This document shows, in pieces, positions 53,230-64,000 of a stretch of DNA of 64,000 nucleotides. The stretch is from Flectonema sp. DT1601. Lineage: Eukaryota. The notes beneath the pieces are model-generated. The model was not told where the DNA came from, searched no databases, and was given only the letters and a program-made list of their open reading frames with translations. The DNA lies in assembly GCA_964019425.1 (NCBI GenBank), contig OZ025793.1, positions 806,001-870,000 of the forward strand. Direction: 5' to 3'. Within the stretch, counting starts at the first letter, position 1. Each line of letters starts with the position of its first letter. A program made the translations under genes and the position numbers.

Positions 53230-53866
53230 GGTGATGTGCTGTGAAAAGAAGTTTTGTTTTCCTTTGCTTAATAAGTGATGAAAAGTTGCACTCGACGAGC
53301 TTTCAATATATTATCCGAGTACGTCACGTGTATGTCATCGTCTGTTAAATAAGATGAAATATTTACATAAACTACACGTCGTAGAATCAAAGCAGTCTGA
53401 CAGAAACAAAAAAGCAAACCAACTGAGTACCAGGTACCCGTGTGAAGTTAATTTGCAAGAGGGATTTAGTACTGCTGATGAGAGAAGTCAATCTCATAGT
53501 GTATTCGATATCAGGAAAGAAAACGAGTTTGTCAACCGGAAACCATCGTTCGCTCCTCAAAGGCATACATGCCTACAAAAGGGGAAAGAACTGGTCCAAA
53601 CCGTCTGCGGACAAGGCAAGGAAAAGTTAGATTGCAGCACAGCAATATAACTTCCGGTCAACAAGGACAAGATGAACATTAATATAACAAGATAGAGAGA
53701 CGCTTTACGAGAGTACGTATCCCAGTTTTAGAAAAAAAGGGAAAACCGCATGCGAACGGTGCATAAGTTTACAAGGTAAGACAAAATTTGTGAGCAAGAT
53801 AAAACAAAACGAATTCATTTATATACCTGGGTTGGGAAAGTCTTGCATATCAATTCCCTATTTAAG

Positions 53867-55375
53867 TTACAAGTGTTTCTTAAGAAAACTAGAAACTCTT
53901 GAATTGAACTCCTGCGGGTATCGATCGAATAGCCCACAATGAAAGGCATCCGGAGCCATCCAAAGCTCTTTGGGTTCTGAAGCGAGAGCGAATAATTCTT
54001 CAGAATGACAGTGAGGGACTACTTTGTCTCCACGACCGTGCATTAAGAGAATCGGTTGACGAAGACCAGACACCACGTGAATAGCTTCCTTAGAAGTAAT
54101 GCCAATCCTGGCTTTTAACATCGCGGATGCCACGGCACCAAAAACAGCAGCAAATAGCCGAAGGGAAAACGATGAACCAATGTAGGTGTTTACGTTGTTT
54201 TCGAGGTGAAACTGTTGAAGTGCAGTTGCGTGAGTAACTGGGTTTTCAGAAACAACTAAATCGATGTTGTCGGAATGAGCAGCGGCAATGATGACGGCAC
54301 TTCCTCCGACAGAAGTTCCGATTACCACAACCATTGACATCCCGCGGTTTGCCTTCGCCCAAGCAGCAGCGCTTTCAACGTCTCTGGACTCAGTTATCCC
54401 GTAGTGAAATCCTATACCACTTCCATCAGATGCTCCATGTTCTCGTAAGTCAAATAGAAGAGCGCTGTACTCCCCATCGTTACGCAAGGTTTTTAAGTGT
54501 CGTAACCAAGCTCTTCGATCTCTACCACCACCATGAACAAATATCAAACACTTATCAGTCGTTCCTTGAATCCACCATCCTCGTATGGTATATCGACCTG
54601 ACTTAAACTCTACATCTTCGTAAGTCAAATCGTGATCATATTTAGGGTTCGTGTATATCCCTTGCCAGTACTCAGGTAGTCCTTGTTGGGTAAGTGGCTT
54701 TCCAGGTGCTGGTTGGTACCACGGAGGTCTTACTGATAACTCTGATACCAGGTAGGCAGCAATAAAGACAAACCAAACAGCAGTCAGAATGGCAAACATA
54801 AATAAAAACCATGATCCTTGCATAGCAACTAGAAGTACAAAAGGTACTGATGACAAAACGCAAAGCTTCTTAACAACTGAATGAGAGACGACATCACCTG
54901 TTTCCATGGAACCACCATCGAAAGTTCGCTCTTTTTCAGCGAACTTCTCGCTGTCGACGGCGCCATGTTTTTTAAGAAAGTTAACGAGTTCGATATCATC
55001 ATTCGCAAGAGCTTCATATAATGCTGTTTTACCTGAGTAGTCTTGAGCGTTTATTTTACCACCTGCTGAACTCAGGTGCTCTACGACAGAGAGGTGTCCG
55101 TTTTTACTTGCGTGGTGCATTGCTGTTCTGCCTTCTAAGTCAGCGTATTCGATATCAGATTTCTTATTTTTAAGTAGAGATTTTAGTTTGTGGATGTCTC
55201 CTCGTTTAGCTGCGGCAACGAGTTGCATTCCACACATGTCTTCGTCCATGGTTACTCTTTGCCTCAGTCGACCAATTGCACCATCTTCTGAAAATGAAAA
55301 AGTTCTCCGGAAGAGACTTCCGTCCATGAGACTTCGCCGTTCACTGCGACCTCGAAATGCTTGTGATGGCTGCAT
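53867..55375 (-). CDS. Ankyrin-repeat, transmembrane and alpha/beta-hydrolase protein
   Basis: Ankyrin motifs GRTAMHHA and GKTALYEA, two hydrophobic helices, then FVHGGG, DLREHGASDG, GTSVGG, HGRGD and FHCG. First ATG at 55375. Confidence 0.9.
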   Translation of the reverse strand: MQPSQAFRGRSERRSLMDGSLFRRTFSFSEDGAIGRLRQRVTMDEDMCGMQLVAAAKRGDIHKLKSLLKNKKSDIEYADLEGRTAMHHASKNGHLSVVEHLSSAGGKINAQDYSGKTALYEALANDDIELVNFLKKHGAVDSEKFAEKERTFDGGSMETGDVVSHSVVKKLCVLSSVPFVLLVAMQGSWFLFMFAILTAVWFVFIAAYLVSELSVRPPWYQPAPGKPLTQQGLPEYWQGIYTNPKYDHDLTYEDVEFKSGRYTIRGWWIQGTTDKCLIFVHGGGRDRRAWLRHLKTLRNDGEYSALLFDLREHGASDGSGIGFHYGITESRDVESAAAWAKANRGMSMVVVIGTSVGGSAVIIAAAHSDNIDLVVSENPVTHATALQQFHLENNVNTYIGSSFSLRLFAAVFGAVASAMLKARIGITSKEAIHVVSGLRQPILLMHGRGDKVVPHCHSEELFALASEPKELWMAPDAFHCGLFDRYPQEFNSRVSSFLKKHL

Positions 55376-56031
55376 GTTGTTTAGCAAAAATCTGGAGAGA
55401 AATATTTATTTAAAGTAAAAAAAAAGGTTTCAAGGAAATTAATCAATATAAGCAGTGCAGTGAAGCATCCAACAAAGGGGTTCCCTATATCTCTCATCCT
55501 CAGGCTGCTCGACTATACCACTCATATCTTAAGTGAACTGATTTAAGAACATAGTCGCTGAGAGTGAGGAATGGCTCTCCCACTAATGTAATTGTTGTTT
55601 TTATTTGATTCACTCGGGTTATGTGTGTATAGACCGATAACTCACTCCCCTCACATGCTCCGTATTCGGAAAAGCCTTGAAGAAATATCTGACATCACAC
55701 ACTACTACTACCACTGATGATTAATTCCAAACATAACAAAGAACTTGAATTGTTGTTTTCTATTTCTGTTTCATATGTTATTCTTTTTTTTTTTTTTTTT
55801 TTACTGATTCATGGTTGTAGCGGCGTACGGGCTCTCTACTTTGACAGCTGAGATTGCAAAATAAATATAGACTGGTGGTGAGTTCACCAAGGATATTTTA
55901 GGCTATTTTTTTTTTTTTTTTTTTTTTTTATTTGGTGGAGGGATTTCTCCACAATTTCCTATCATTTCATTCGTATGGGATTTAAGTCATATTCTATCTA
56001 GTCAAGCTTTAACAACGGGGGTTAGTTTGGT

Positions 56032-56078
<47 letters not shown>

Positions 56079-56152
56079 TATTGTTTCTATGGGTACTTTT
56101 AGATCATTCCAAGACTATATTTTCTTATGGGGCGCTACAACCATGATGTGTC

Positions 56153-56183
<31 letters not shown>

Positions 56184-57321
56184 CATGCTCTTAAAAGAGT
56201 CTGACTTACAAATGCTATTTAGCCAAAGGCGAAATTTGAATCACAATAAAATAAGGGAGACTACCGAAACAAACAATAAAAAAAAAAATGAAAAGAAAAG
56301 AAAATAAAATTCAGTTTAAGTAATATGAGTTACTACTCACATTATTTAAACACATAAGAAACTTTGATTGAAAAACCAGAAAAACTAAATCTTGAAATCC
56401 ATCAAACAATCTAAAGCCAATCTCCCTTAAAACGAGCAGTAGAAATAATTACTTCAGAAAAAACGGATTTTTATCCCCCCCGTGATAGTAAAGTGAATTT
56501 TTTTTTTTTTTTTGCGATTTTTGAGTTCGTACCCCACAATAGAACAAAGTGAAGCACCCAGCACAGGAGTCAAAAAAAAAAAAAAAAAAAAAAAACTCTA
56601 ACAAAATAATAGTTTGGAATTAAAAAAAACGGGAAAAAAAAAGTTGGATAATGGGACTTTGATGCAAATTATGCTTTCTCTGTTTATTTGAACGAAATAA
56701 ATAAATATTATTTATCCAAAAGCCCGTATAGCTGTCAGTGAGTCACACAATGTCAATGACAACTACCAATTGATTTTAGGGAACACCATATTCACTTCAA
56801 CAGAAAAAATTTTGGCACAAAAAAAAAAAAAAATAATAATAATAATAATAATTACCACAGCATCACACTATGTGTATCTCTAAAGACAAACAAACAGCTG
56901 GGTAAGGTAATAAGATGTTACTATTTCTAACTTTTGAATAGATTTTTTTTTTTTTTTAAAAAAAAACGCCCATTCACGAATCCTAGATATGAAACGTGAT
57001 AAACTAAGAGGCAAGAAGACTCAGACAACAACAGTCAGAGATGCATACAAACAAAAAAAAAAAAAAAAAAAAAAACAGAACAATTTTAATGACTGACGAG
57101 CACAAGACCCTTCGGGTTTGCTTGCATAGCATTTTAAAAGAAAAAAATAAGAGGACACCGCCAGGAGTCTTAGGGTCTGACTACAACAATTGTATTATGG
57201 ATACTAGACCAGGGTCATCAACTCGAATACCTTACACAAGATATCAACAGAACTTAATGATCAAGAAACACAATCAACATCACCTGTTCCTCTGATGAGG
57301 AATTCCATCTCACAAACGGAT

Positions 57322-58941
57322 CTAATCAATTTCTATCACATCCTCAGACGCAGGCTGTGGCTGTGGCGATTGTCGCCTTTCAGCCTGCAGTTTAGCAGCC
57401 ATTTCATTAACATTCTTGGGGGGTTTGGGAAAGGAGGCAGCTTCCGCAGAGCTGATAATAGGCATATAATATCCAGTAGGACCCTTATAGTTTCCTAGTG
57501 TGTTTCCACTCTTACCGTTGGGCCCACTTCTGTTGCCGTTGGGTCCACTTCTGTAGCCGTTGGATCCGTTTCTGTTGCCGTTGGATCCGTTTTTGTTGTT
57601 ATTAAAACCACCGCTGTTGAAGCTCCCCTTCCTGTTCCGGTCGTGGTAGTGGTTGCTGTTGTTTTTGTTAGTGGCGGTGTTGTTGTTGTTGGTGTTGTCG
57701 TTATTATTGTTGTCGGTGTCGGTGTCGTTGTATTTCTTCATATAATTACCATTGTTAAATCCACTACCCCCCATCTTTCCTTTCATATTTTTCTTTATGT
57801 CACCCAACTGTCTTCCTACAGACAGTTGAGAGGAGAAGTCAAGTTCTAATCCAACGTGAGTTTCTCTACATTTAACTGGATTCTTAACTCGTCCCTTTTT
57901 AGCGTTCAGACGGGATCGAAGTTGTGTAAAGAATTGTCTGTCATGACCTCCGTAGTCATTTCTATTTCTACGAAGCTCATCAATATCGTAACTAAGAAAT
58001 CTAGTGAAGGAGAAACCTTCTGTTGTAAGATCTCTGTGAAGCTCATCAAAATCATTGTCACCACTTATGAGTGTTATCGGAGTACTGGTTGGTATCTTGG
58101 CATCCTTGCCTATACACAAATCCATTACCCACCACATTAGTAGGGTGTCAGAGGCGTTACTAGTACCACCTTCTGCACAACCACATTTTATCCTCTTCAT
58201 GTCGTACATTCGCTGTAAAACGTGACCTCGTAGATTGTCAGAAAAACGAGTCCTAGAAAACAGCTGTCCCCAACAACAGATAACAAAACAGTTGGGTGGG
58301 ATTACAACAGATTGACAAGACTGCTCCATTCTGGCAGCACCAGCGAAGAAATCAGGAATATTCTCTATATCAAGAAGAAGGAGGTGAGACGCATTTTCGA
58401 TTCCTTCCCATTCACTACCTAATAGAAACTCACAAGTAGGAGAGAATGAAGGACCAGCAGACTGAGGAGATGGAATTGGATACTGCTGAAGCAGAGCAGC
58501 GTACTCAGGTTGAGGAGAAGATCCCTCAGAATTAGAGATAGCGGTCAGGATTTCGATTCCAAGACTTTCATCATCAGAATCTGTGTCGGCGGCGGCGGCG
58601 GTGGTGGTGGTGGTGGTGGTGACGTATTCTTCTTCGGCAATCTTAAGGCGCTTCTCCGGAAGAGGACTGGAACGAGAAATTAATGCTTTTCCGTATCCAG
58701 GGTTTGGAGGTGAAGGGCTTGGGGGTGAATTAGAATCGATTGCTGTCGTAGTTTTCATGTTTGCATTGTCCCAATCAATAGTTTCAGTAGTACGTGTGTT
58801 CCTTACTAACTCTTGAATACACCATCTAACATCATGAGAAGTTAATGCTGTTTGTGCAGCATCTCCCCCAACACATTCCTTCAAAGCATCAAACAAGGCC
58901 TCAACTCTTTCTCTTTGGTTCCTCGGAAATTTTCGTCTCAT
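57322..58941 (-). CDS. NYN/PIN-like (LabA/DUF88-type) domain protein with Asn/Gly-rich tail, 539 aa
   Basis: Acidic motifs LLLDIENIP, SNASDTLL and ITLISGDNDF. Four 21-bp repeats (NGNRSGP-like) at 57515-57598. Confidence 0.8.
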   Translation of the reverse strand: MRRKFPRNQRERVEALFDALKECVGGDAAQTALTSHDVRWCIQELVRNTRTTETIDWDNANMKTTTAIDSNSPPSPSPPNPGYGKALISRSSPLPEKRLKIAEEEYVTTTTTTTAAAADTDSDDESLGIEILTAISNSEGSSPQPEYAALLQQYPIPSPQSAGPSFSPTCEFLLGSEWEGIENASHLLLLDIENIPDFFAGAARMEQSCQSVVIPPNCFVICCWGQLFSRTRFSDNLRGHVLQRMYDMKRIKCGCAEGGTSNASDTLLMWWVMDLCIGKDAKIPTSTPITLISGDNDFDELHRDLTTEGFSFTRFLSYDIDELRRNRNDYGGHDRQFFTQLRSRLNAKKGRVKNPVKCRETHVGLELDFSSQLSVGRQLGDIKKNMKGKMGGSGFNNGNYMKKYNDTDTDNNNNDNTNNNNTATNKNNSNHYHDRNRKGSFNSGGFNNNKNGSNGNRNGSNGYRSGPNGNRSGPNGKSGNTLGNYKGPTGYYMPIISSAEAASFPKPPKNVNEMAAKLQAERRQSPQPQPASEDVIEID

Positions 58942-59570
58942 GTTGTTTTTTTTTTTTTTTTAGTGATCTGGTTCGTGACGGTTTGTACCGCGGAGCACGA
59001 CCTGAAAAAGATTTCTACTGAATTGGTTTTTTTCTATTTTGTGAATTCACCTTTCCTTTTTTTTTTTTTTTTTTGGTTTAGTAATTTTTAATCCAATTTG
59101 AAATTCAAATATGAAAATAAACATCTATCGAACAACTACTACCGCAGATATCCGGGAAAAGTTTTTTTTTTTTTTTTTTTTGAAAGATGTCACCAGCTAA
59201 ACGAAGAAAACAACTCACTCTACAATACATCTGAATCTCAATCAGAAGAGATGCTCTGTTCGAATAAGTTGAAACAACGTTTTAGTAGTGGTCAGAAATA
59301 GCAGGGAAAAAAGAAAGAGCTTGCTGCAACCCTCGGCACGACTAACTAAGTGAAAGTATGCAAATTAATGCACTCAAAGAACCTTTTCTTTTTTTTTCAA
59401 CGTTAGTCGGTCTGCTACCTAGGAGGGGTAACTCGATTGGGGGAGGAGGCCATTTTATTATTTTATTTCTGACTAAAAGGAAATTAATCATCTACAGTCA
59501 AAGGAGGTTCTCATTCTTCGTCAAAGTAATTATTTTCAAGTGTCATCACCACCAGGAACTTGATTGTCTA

Positions 59571-59905
59571 TTGCGGTGCCGACGTGCAAATCGCTCGTCA
59601 AAGCTGGGTATAGGGGCGAAAGACCCATCGAACCATCTAGTAGCTGGTTCACTCCGAAGTTTCCCTCAGGATAGCTGGAACCATAAAAGGAGTTACGCCA
59701 GGTAAAGCGAATGATTGGAGGCATTGGGGATATCGTTTCCTCGACCTATTCTCAAACTTTAAATGGGCGTGAACGCGGGGTTGCTCAATTGAACCCCGAC
59801 GAAGAATCCTGGTTCCAAGTGGGCCACTTCTGGTAAGCAGGACTGGCGACGCGGGATGAACCGAGAGCTGACCGAGTAGTCGCTCAGATCAACAAATGGT
59901 GTCTC
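59571..59905 (+). pseudogene. Isolated LSU rRNA fragment
   Basis: Contains GACGTGCAAATCG, GGGGCGAAAGAC, CCTATTCTCAAACTTTAAATGGG and GTGGGCCACTTCTGGTAAGCAG..GGGATGAACCG. Flanks are ordinary intergenic DNA. The right end is approximate. Confidence 0.92.
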
Positions 59906-60288
59906 GTATCGATAATCGTAAAGGTAACATGTCGAAAAGATTTCAAAGTATATCAAAGAATACACACCGCAAGTAAAATATTTCTTACATCAGAAATCAC
60001 CACTTGACACACATTCTACTGAAGCAGAAAGATGTGCAACGACAAATCGAACGTAACTACTTCAGAACACATCGTCACACCTCACTCGGACTCACATTAA
60101 TTAAATCTGTTTTATTAAATAATTTATACATCTGAGCGAACTACTTATTTCACTTTGTGGGATTCGTGATGGCGGAATTGACATCGAGAAAGAAAGAAAG
60201 AAAGTCAGCTGCTAGAAAATAAGAAATGAGATGAGAGATGGTATTATTATTACTATTTATTATTGTTTTTTTCTTATTTCCCTTCTCG

Positions 60289-60513
60289 CTAGTCAATAAT
60301 AATAATATTTGGGTTGTCTGATTTGGGTCTTGTAACCTGCTGCTGGTTGCTGATACTATCTAACCACAGTACCTCAGATAATAAATACGCATGACCAGCG
60401 GTGAGATCTTTATTTAAACTTTCCAACACGACTGTCTGCCTCAGAAGATGGTCGCGAGTGTCGATGTGACGACGTAGTTTCTCAACACACTCTTTGAAGA
60501 ACGAATCTGACAT
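60289..60513 (-). CDS. Small hypothetical helical protein, 74 aa
   Basis: ATG ORF on the cluster strand, more GC-rich than its flanks. No domain recognised. Confidence 0.45.
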   Translation of the reverse strand: MSDSFFKECVEKLRRHIDTRDHLLRQTVVLESLNKDLTAGHAYLLSEVLWLDSISNQQQVTRPKSDNPNIIIID

Positions 60514-60781
60514 TTGTTGGTGTGAGAGATATCTGTTTTTTTTTTTTTATAATAGAAAATAAAATTACAGAACAGGAGAAGATCACTTCCCACATACATA
60601 AGTAATCGACCTGTTGAACTAATTAATTAACTGTGAAAAACAACGATACGAAGCAGCATAACTAGAAGTGCTTTTTTTTTTTTTTTTTTTTTTTTTTCTT
60701 TTTTTTTTTTTTTCTCCTTGCACTACCGCACACAAACAAAAACAAACCAGCGTTGATAAGCAGTTGTTCGGCTGCCAGGGG

Positions 60782-60818
<37 letters not shown>

Positions 60819-61542
60819 CTTTCTTCTTTTCCCTTTATCAGGGTATCCCGCTTGTCTAACACACAACCGCTGTGGCTGTTAATCTAATGTGGGCTGCTCT
60901 GATCAAAATTGATCTTTTTTTTTTTAATAAAAAAATAAATAAATTTAAAAAAAAAGGATGAGCACCCTCGCGAATATCTGTCGAGTTGCTGCGTGTGATG
61001 TGTCAAGAGAGAGAAGAAGAAGAAAAAAAATGGTGGGAAATAAGATTCCCTACGCACCTATTTCATAACAATAATCTAAGGGGAAAATGGGAATAGCACG
61101 TCTCTAACTCGCGAGCTCTACTCTGTTTTGTGCAACAAATAACAAGTCCTTTTTTTTTGAAAAAAAAGTCGTCCACCTATTGTAAAGTAGAAACCAGTAA
61201 CTCGTAGAGTAAGAAGTCAATTACGACCAACAGGTAGGACTGGTTGACTTTATTTAGACAAAAGACGGATTTCCGTAACAAAATAAATCTATATTTGGGG
61301 GATGGGAGAAGGAATGGCTAATGTTGTATCACACAGTTGTATTTGACCTCACCTTACAAAGGTTCTGAAGCTTATGAGAATATATCACAGCACAGATGAA
61401 ATGCGAGTATGAGGGGGGTTGACAGGGCGTAGGTTCTATTGTATAATCCCGAAAGGGGAAGGCGGAGTTGTCACCAAATATTCGAACTGCATTCTCAAAA
61501 CTTATCTACGTTAGGGTGGCCAGCATCATCTTCATCCACATC

Positions 61543-62902
61543 CTACCTACGCCCTTCATATCTCGCAACCTCATCAGGGTTTAGCCAACGAAATCTGTCA
61601 CTGTGGGACTCGTACTTGCACTGTTCGTTATTATTATGTTCGTCTCTTTATCACAGGAAGTTAGAAAATGATTAACTAAAATAACACAATTAAATACATA
61701 CCCATCCCTTATGCTCTGCCTCAGCCTCACGTGATCTGTAATACCAAAGAATGTAAACTCCCGGAATAGGACTGCCGTCATCGTATTCTCCAGGGTGAAA
61801 AGAGTAAGCTGTTGGGGGGTGAATTTTTTTCATTATTTGAAAGAGAAAAAAAAACACCGTATTGTGTTATAGTAAACATACCGTCATAAGCATAAGGATA
61901 ATCTCTTGGATAAAGAGGACCATAAGAGAGAGTTAGCTCTTCTCCTTTTTTTATATCTCTAACAGTGAGAACTGATAATCGTCCATTCTCAACTTTGGAA
62001 CTGTTTTCCTGAAGCCAAGCAGTATTAGATCCCTCATGCTCACCAGGTTCATTAAGGAAAGGTGTCACTGTATCCATCAGTTCTACGAAAGGAACGTTGT
62101 AGTAGTCGGCAGCGTTGAACTCAGCCAGGGCATACTTTGGTGAAAGACGACCACGAGCACACTGCTCTGCACTATTTGGATCTGGGTAACCAGGGTAAAT
62201 ACCAATTCTTGTTAGTGCTGGAATGTCACGGGAAGCGTATATTCCGTTTCCACACTTTTCACGATTTTCTAAAAGTTCAAAATATTTATGAGATCCGTTA
62301 GGACAGTAGTGGTCAGCAACAATTTGTCTAATTCTTGTCATGGCTGCCTTCTCAGTTATAGTTCTAGCATCAATCATATCTTCAACAGACTGAAGGTGTT
62401 GACGTGATTTGTGTGGAAGACAAACAGACTTCAATCTGTTCGCTGCAGCACTCGCTGTTAGTTGATCAGGTGATGGTCCTCCTTCGACAAAACCTTCTTT
62501 GGGTGATTCTTCCTCAAGACAAACTTTACAGGATCTGAGATATGGTCCGTAAGTATCCCATAGTTGACTGTCGACTACCATTGTACAGCCTCTGCTACAT
62601 TGGTAGTGACAGTGTTTTAAACAAGTTCCACAAATAAACATTGGATCCTTCTTAAATACTCTACTACTACTACAAACATTACAAAGTTGAAACACTTCTC
62701 TAATCTGTCTCTCACACAATGCTAACCAAAGCTGTGTGTCAGTTGCCTCCTCTGGAATCACATCAGGTGGAAGGTCCAAATGACGAGTCCAAGTACTGTA
62801 TCCTCCTAGCATTTCATTGTAGAAATAGGACCCTTGACCATCACCATCATCGTGTATACTCCACGTTCGTTGTGGTGGAGACCCCTCGTTTGATACGCTC
62901 AT
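61543..62902 (-). CDS. PHD-like zinc finger plus SET-domain protein, 401 aa (exons 62902-61882, 61808-61702, 61620-61543)
   Basis: CNVC..CGTC..HYQC..CKVC finger. SET motifs GNGIYASRDI, PFLNEP and DIKKGEELTLSYG. Two GTATGT..AACAG introns (73 and 81 nt) keep the frame open. Confidence 0.85.
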
Positions 62903-63643
62903 TGTTATTGAGGGGAGGGAGGCTGTAGTGTATATTAGGGTAATCGTTTCTTTAAATTTTAATAAAATCTTTTTTTTTTTTCTTTACATGTTGAGGTTCA
63001 TTACCTTTCAAAGAAAATAATTTCATCTCAAAATGTAAACATACGAAAACAACAACTGGGGTACTAAAAAAAAAACTACTTAGGACTGAGGAAGTGGGGG
63101 AGTTTATATTTAAAACATATCCTTGGGTTCAGTTTAGTGTGTTAATTAATTTCTTTCATTCTTTTTTTTTTTTTTTTTTTTTGTTATACTCTTGTTTACT
63201 GGTTTCTTTTTCTTATTCATTGTTTTTTTTTTTTTTTTTTTTTTTTTGCTTTGGGAATATCCCCCGAGACAAAACAGAAAAGAAATGCCAAACAATTTCA
63301 GTGACCTGAGCGATTTGAGTAGCGGACTATCACAGAAAAGAAGTCTTCAAACAGCTAACAAATTAGCGCCGACAGACGCTGAGAGAAGAGCTTGTAATAA
63401 GAGAGTAACAAATAGGACCTTTCAACAAACATCTTGGAGTCCCTTCAAAGTAGTGAGGGAGTCAAAGAGTTTGTCAGCTGAGTTCCAACTTCTCACAATC
63501 TGACTTACCGAAGCGTCGATAGACGCTGGCCATCCCGACAATGAGAAGACCTGCTCAAGGAAAGTATTCCAATCAAAGATTGATAAGGTAAGAGTCTCTT
63601 GGTATTCTTCTGGTGGTTTAATCTCTTTAATAGAATCAGATGG

Positions 63644-63985
63644 TTAATCTTCAGGCTGAGAAGCTACAGCAGGTTCTGGTTCTGGTTCTGGTTGACTCAC
63701 AGTTTGATCAACTGCAGGCTGGTGGACCTCTTCCTCGTCGTCTTCTTCTTCTTCTTCTTCGTCTTCGCTCTCAGGTGAGGTTACAACAACGCGTTTTGAA
63801 GTTTTTGTTGTCGGTTTCTTACTTGGAGACGGTACATAAGTAGCTCTAACTGTCGGTACTATTCCGTGTTGAAGATGATTAAAGATGTCATAAGAAAGTG
63901 GTCCTTTTCTCTTAGTACAACAAGCTGTGGGGAAGTTATTATTAATTGCGTAGCGTTTAAGTTCAGAGACTGAGCACTCTTCCAT
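63644..63985 (-). CDS. Hypothetical acidic protein, possibly a pseudogene extending to about 63350
   Basis: 113-aa ORF. The same frame stays open for about 73 more codons after the TAA at 63644-63646. Confidence 0.4.
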   Translation of the reverse strand: MEECSVSELKRYAINNNFPTACCTKRKGPLSYDIFNHLQHGIVPTVRATYVPSPSKKPTTKTSKRVVVTSPESEDEEEEEEDDEEEVHQPAVDQTVSQPEPEPEPAVASQPED

Positions 63986-64000
63986 AATCGTGTGTGCAGA

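Noticed and set aside
57100..57126. CTTCGG tetraloop hairpin as a possible ncRNA
   Set aside because: A short isolated stem with no other supporting motifs.
59571..59905. Functional rRNA gene
   Set aside because: Only about 330 bp, with no flanking rDNA and an apparent deletion near the 3' end.

Overview
Eukaryotic DNA, most likely from a euglenozoan and probably a diplonemid (inference). The evidence is that all ~22 supportable protein genes lie on the minus strand, a relic of the euglenozoan spliced-leader (SL) 3' end is present, and short GT-AG introns occur in several genes. Bases 1-34.4 kb are a young, rearranged tandem array of six secreted proteinase K-type subtilisins (two subtypes, Cys-rich C-terminal repeats) interleaved with three copies of an Ala-rich coiled-coil gene. 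The spacers hold two pogo-type DNA transposons (one with a captured LSU rRNA fragment and an internal inversion), a TIR element with a Sola-like transposase relic, a MITE containing a tRNA-like sequence, an EF-hand/WD40 gene and a LINE ORF1-like gene preceded by the SL relic. Bases 35-64 kb are mostly single-copy genes: SNU13, a DFGDF-repeat protein, a divergent Rab5-family GTPase, a MaoC dehydratase, two paralogues with an unfamiliar C-x2-H-x18-C-x5-C repeat, an ankyrin/TM/alpha-beta hydrolase, a NYN/PIN protein and a SET protein, plus a second LSU rRNA fragment. The strongest leads are the SL relic, the contrast between A-rich cis-intron acceptors and pyrimidine-rich gene-leading acceptors, the twice-captured LSU segment, and the protease/Ala-filament array. 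No database search was run; family calls rest on motifs read by eye.
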